This document shows, one piece after another, positions 30,510 through 32,000 of a stretch of DNA of 32,000 nucleotides. Made by a program: the position numbers and the translations under genes. Position 1 is the first letter of the stretch. Each line of letters opens with the position of its first letter. The notes under the pieces were generated by a model. The model saw only the letters and a list, made by a program, of their open reading frames with translations, made no database searches and was not told the DNA's origin. This DNA is from Pyrodictium abyssi (GTDB lineage Archaea > Thermoproteota > Thermoprotei_A > Sulfolobales > Pyrodictiaceae). The stretch is from positions 480,001 through 512,000 of the forward strand of contig NZ_AP028907.1 in the NCBI RefSeq assembly GCF_036323395.1, written 5' to 3'.

Positions 30510-32000
30510 TTGGAGCCAGGCGAACGCAGCAAGAAGTGCATCTACATACAGCTACGCAAGCTCATAATAAAGAACTTTAAGAGCATACACGAGCTCGAGC
30601 TGGAGCTGCAGCCAGGCCTAAACGTGCTCGTCGGCAGCAATGCCTCCGGTAAGACGAACATACTGGAAGCGGTAAGCTTCATGTACAAAGCACTCGTAGA
30701 AGCAGCCGAGAGGATACCCTATAGGCCGCATGCGCCGCAGTACTGGTCACCCCTAGACATAGTATACATGAAAGACCCCAATGCAGTCATGGCCCTAGGA
30801 ATGGAGTTCGACATCTACACCCAGGCGGAAGACACATGGCTACGAATGCCAATAGGATTTACAGCAAACCTGGCATACAACCCAGGCACCGATACGCTAG
30901 AGCCCACGCTATACGAGCTAAACTTCGGCAACGCTACAAGGATACGGATAAGCAGACACGGCATAGAAGTTAGGATTAGACGCGACGTCCTGGAGAAAGC
31001 CAAGGAGGTAATCAAGAACGATGGTGTTGATATAGAGCTAGAGTACCAGGAAGAGGACAGCGAGGTGATCGTATACATTGAGCCCGAGGGAGCGCGTCCA
31101 GGCGTGCTGACACCAGCCAATGCGGCCTCAATGTTCTGGAAGAGCACGAAAAGCATGATGGAAAGAAATGGTGGCAGTTTGAAGACAATATCTTAGGAGT
31201 ATTCATAATAAAGATTTGCTTGTATATTACATTTCGCAACACATGCGTCGTGGAATACATAAAAAAAGAACAAGAATTCTTCGTAGCGTTGCACTCGCCG
31301 GAAAAGCTAGAAGAGCTGCTACATCCAAAGAAGGTAGCAAAATTTATCACTGTTTTCAAAGTTAGCCCAGCTAAGGAGCTTAATGCCGTATGTATAAACC
31401 TCGAGACTCATGCAACAGTAGCGTTTAGTCCAGATCCCGTTATGGATCTATTGGTCTATGTTATTCCTGCCATTCTTAGGAGGTTTGTGTTTCTTCGTCA
31501 CCCGGATATGGGTGCCGTCGGCGAGCCCGTGAAGTTTAGTGGTAGCGACCGGCCTGATGAGAGAGCCCGTAACCTCGCCGAGGTATTGCTTGTTGTGCAG
31601 GGGCGTAGGGGACGCTTCCCGGAGCGCGTTGAGCGTGCGCTGCGTGAGCTATTTCCCGGCATGTCTCTGCGCGTGGAGTCGCGGTTTGGCCGTGTCGTGC
31701 TGGTTGGCGAGGAGGGTGGGATTGAGCTTCCGCCGCCTACCTGCCGGATGGCCTTGTAAAGGTTGTCGCGTTGATGCTTGCCGCGGATCTTGAGCCGGTG
31801 CTGCTATGGTCGACGAGATAGAAAATAGTATGCATGCGAGACTCCTAGAGTACGTTGTGGATGAGCTTAACAGCCTACCTGTACCCGTCCTGGTTGCTAC
31901 GCATTCGCCTATCGTGGTTGACCTTGTTGGCCGGAGAGGGTGCTGCTGGTGCGGAAGGATACGAGGAGGGGCACCGTGGTGGAGAGGATAGGGAGGAGCC
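30510..32000 (+). pseudogene. ABC/AAA_21-type (COG1106-like, SMC/RecF-fold) ATPase disrupted by multiple frameshifts; runs off the window
   Basis: N-terminal part in frame 0: LIIKNFKSIHELELELQPGLNVLVGSNASGKTNILEAV (Walker A). The middle part continues in another frame (31220-31759, ...NLAEVLL...LRELFPGMSLRVE...GIELPPP). LPDGLVKVVALMLAADLEPVLL is readable in a third frame from 31741. Walker B and the following segment MVDEIENSMHARL...VLVATHSPIVVD return to frame 0 from 31806. PERVLLVRKDTRRGTVVERIG is readable in yet another frame from 31931. GC is very low (one hand-counted 60-nt line at 31201 is about 32%). Confidence 0.65.

Overview
The window looks archaeal. Evidence: a class III signal-peptide pilin, a short archaeal-type PurA, AT-rich TATA-like elements upstream of genes, and AUA/CUA-rich codon usage in a GC-rich background. 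That pattern is reminiscent of hyperthermophilic Crenarchaeota, but the organism cannot be named from sequence alone. No rRNA, tRNA, CRISPR array or transposase was recognised.

Contents in order:
(1) 1-5734: a Tad/Epd-like type IV pilus module on the minus strand. It has a KaiC-like ATPase fragment, two separate GspF/TadBC-type platform proteins, a VirB11/FlaI-family ATPase and an archaeal pilin.
(2) 7170-21315: a plus-strand c-type cytochrome island, the most interesting part of the window. It holds a thioredoxin-CcdA fusion and a 999-aa CcmF with a very large extracytoplasmic insertion. A lower-GC transglutaminase-like gene and an anchored secreted protein follow. Next come an HAO-family octaheme cytochrome c, a 626-aa polytopic membrane protein, and a 423-aa cytochrome with 13 CxxCH plus one CxxxCH motif. 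The island ends with a His-rich 5-TM protein and a radical SAM/SPASM enzyme.
(3) 21312-25259: a minus-strand purA / FAD-dependent Cys-cluster oxidoreductase / purB operon.
(4) 25414-30201: a hypothetical gene, a 615-bp noncoding gap, a B3/B4-domain protein, a LysO (DUF340) exporter split into two genes around a cupin, and an orphan BMP-family nucleoside-binding lipoprotein.
(5) 30510-32000: a low-GC ABC/AAA_21-type ATPase broken by at least four frame disruptions.

The best candidate for an undescribed system is the HAO-like / membrane protein / 13-14-heme / b-type-like membrane protein / rSAM cluster together with its own CcmF-CcdA maturation genes. All functional calls rest on motif recognition by eye. 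No database search was run.
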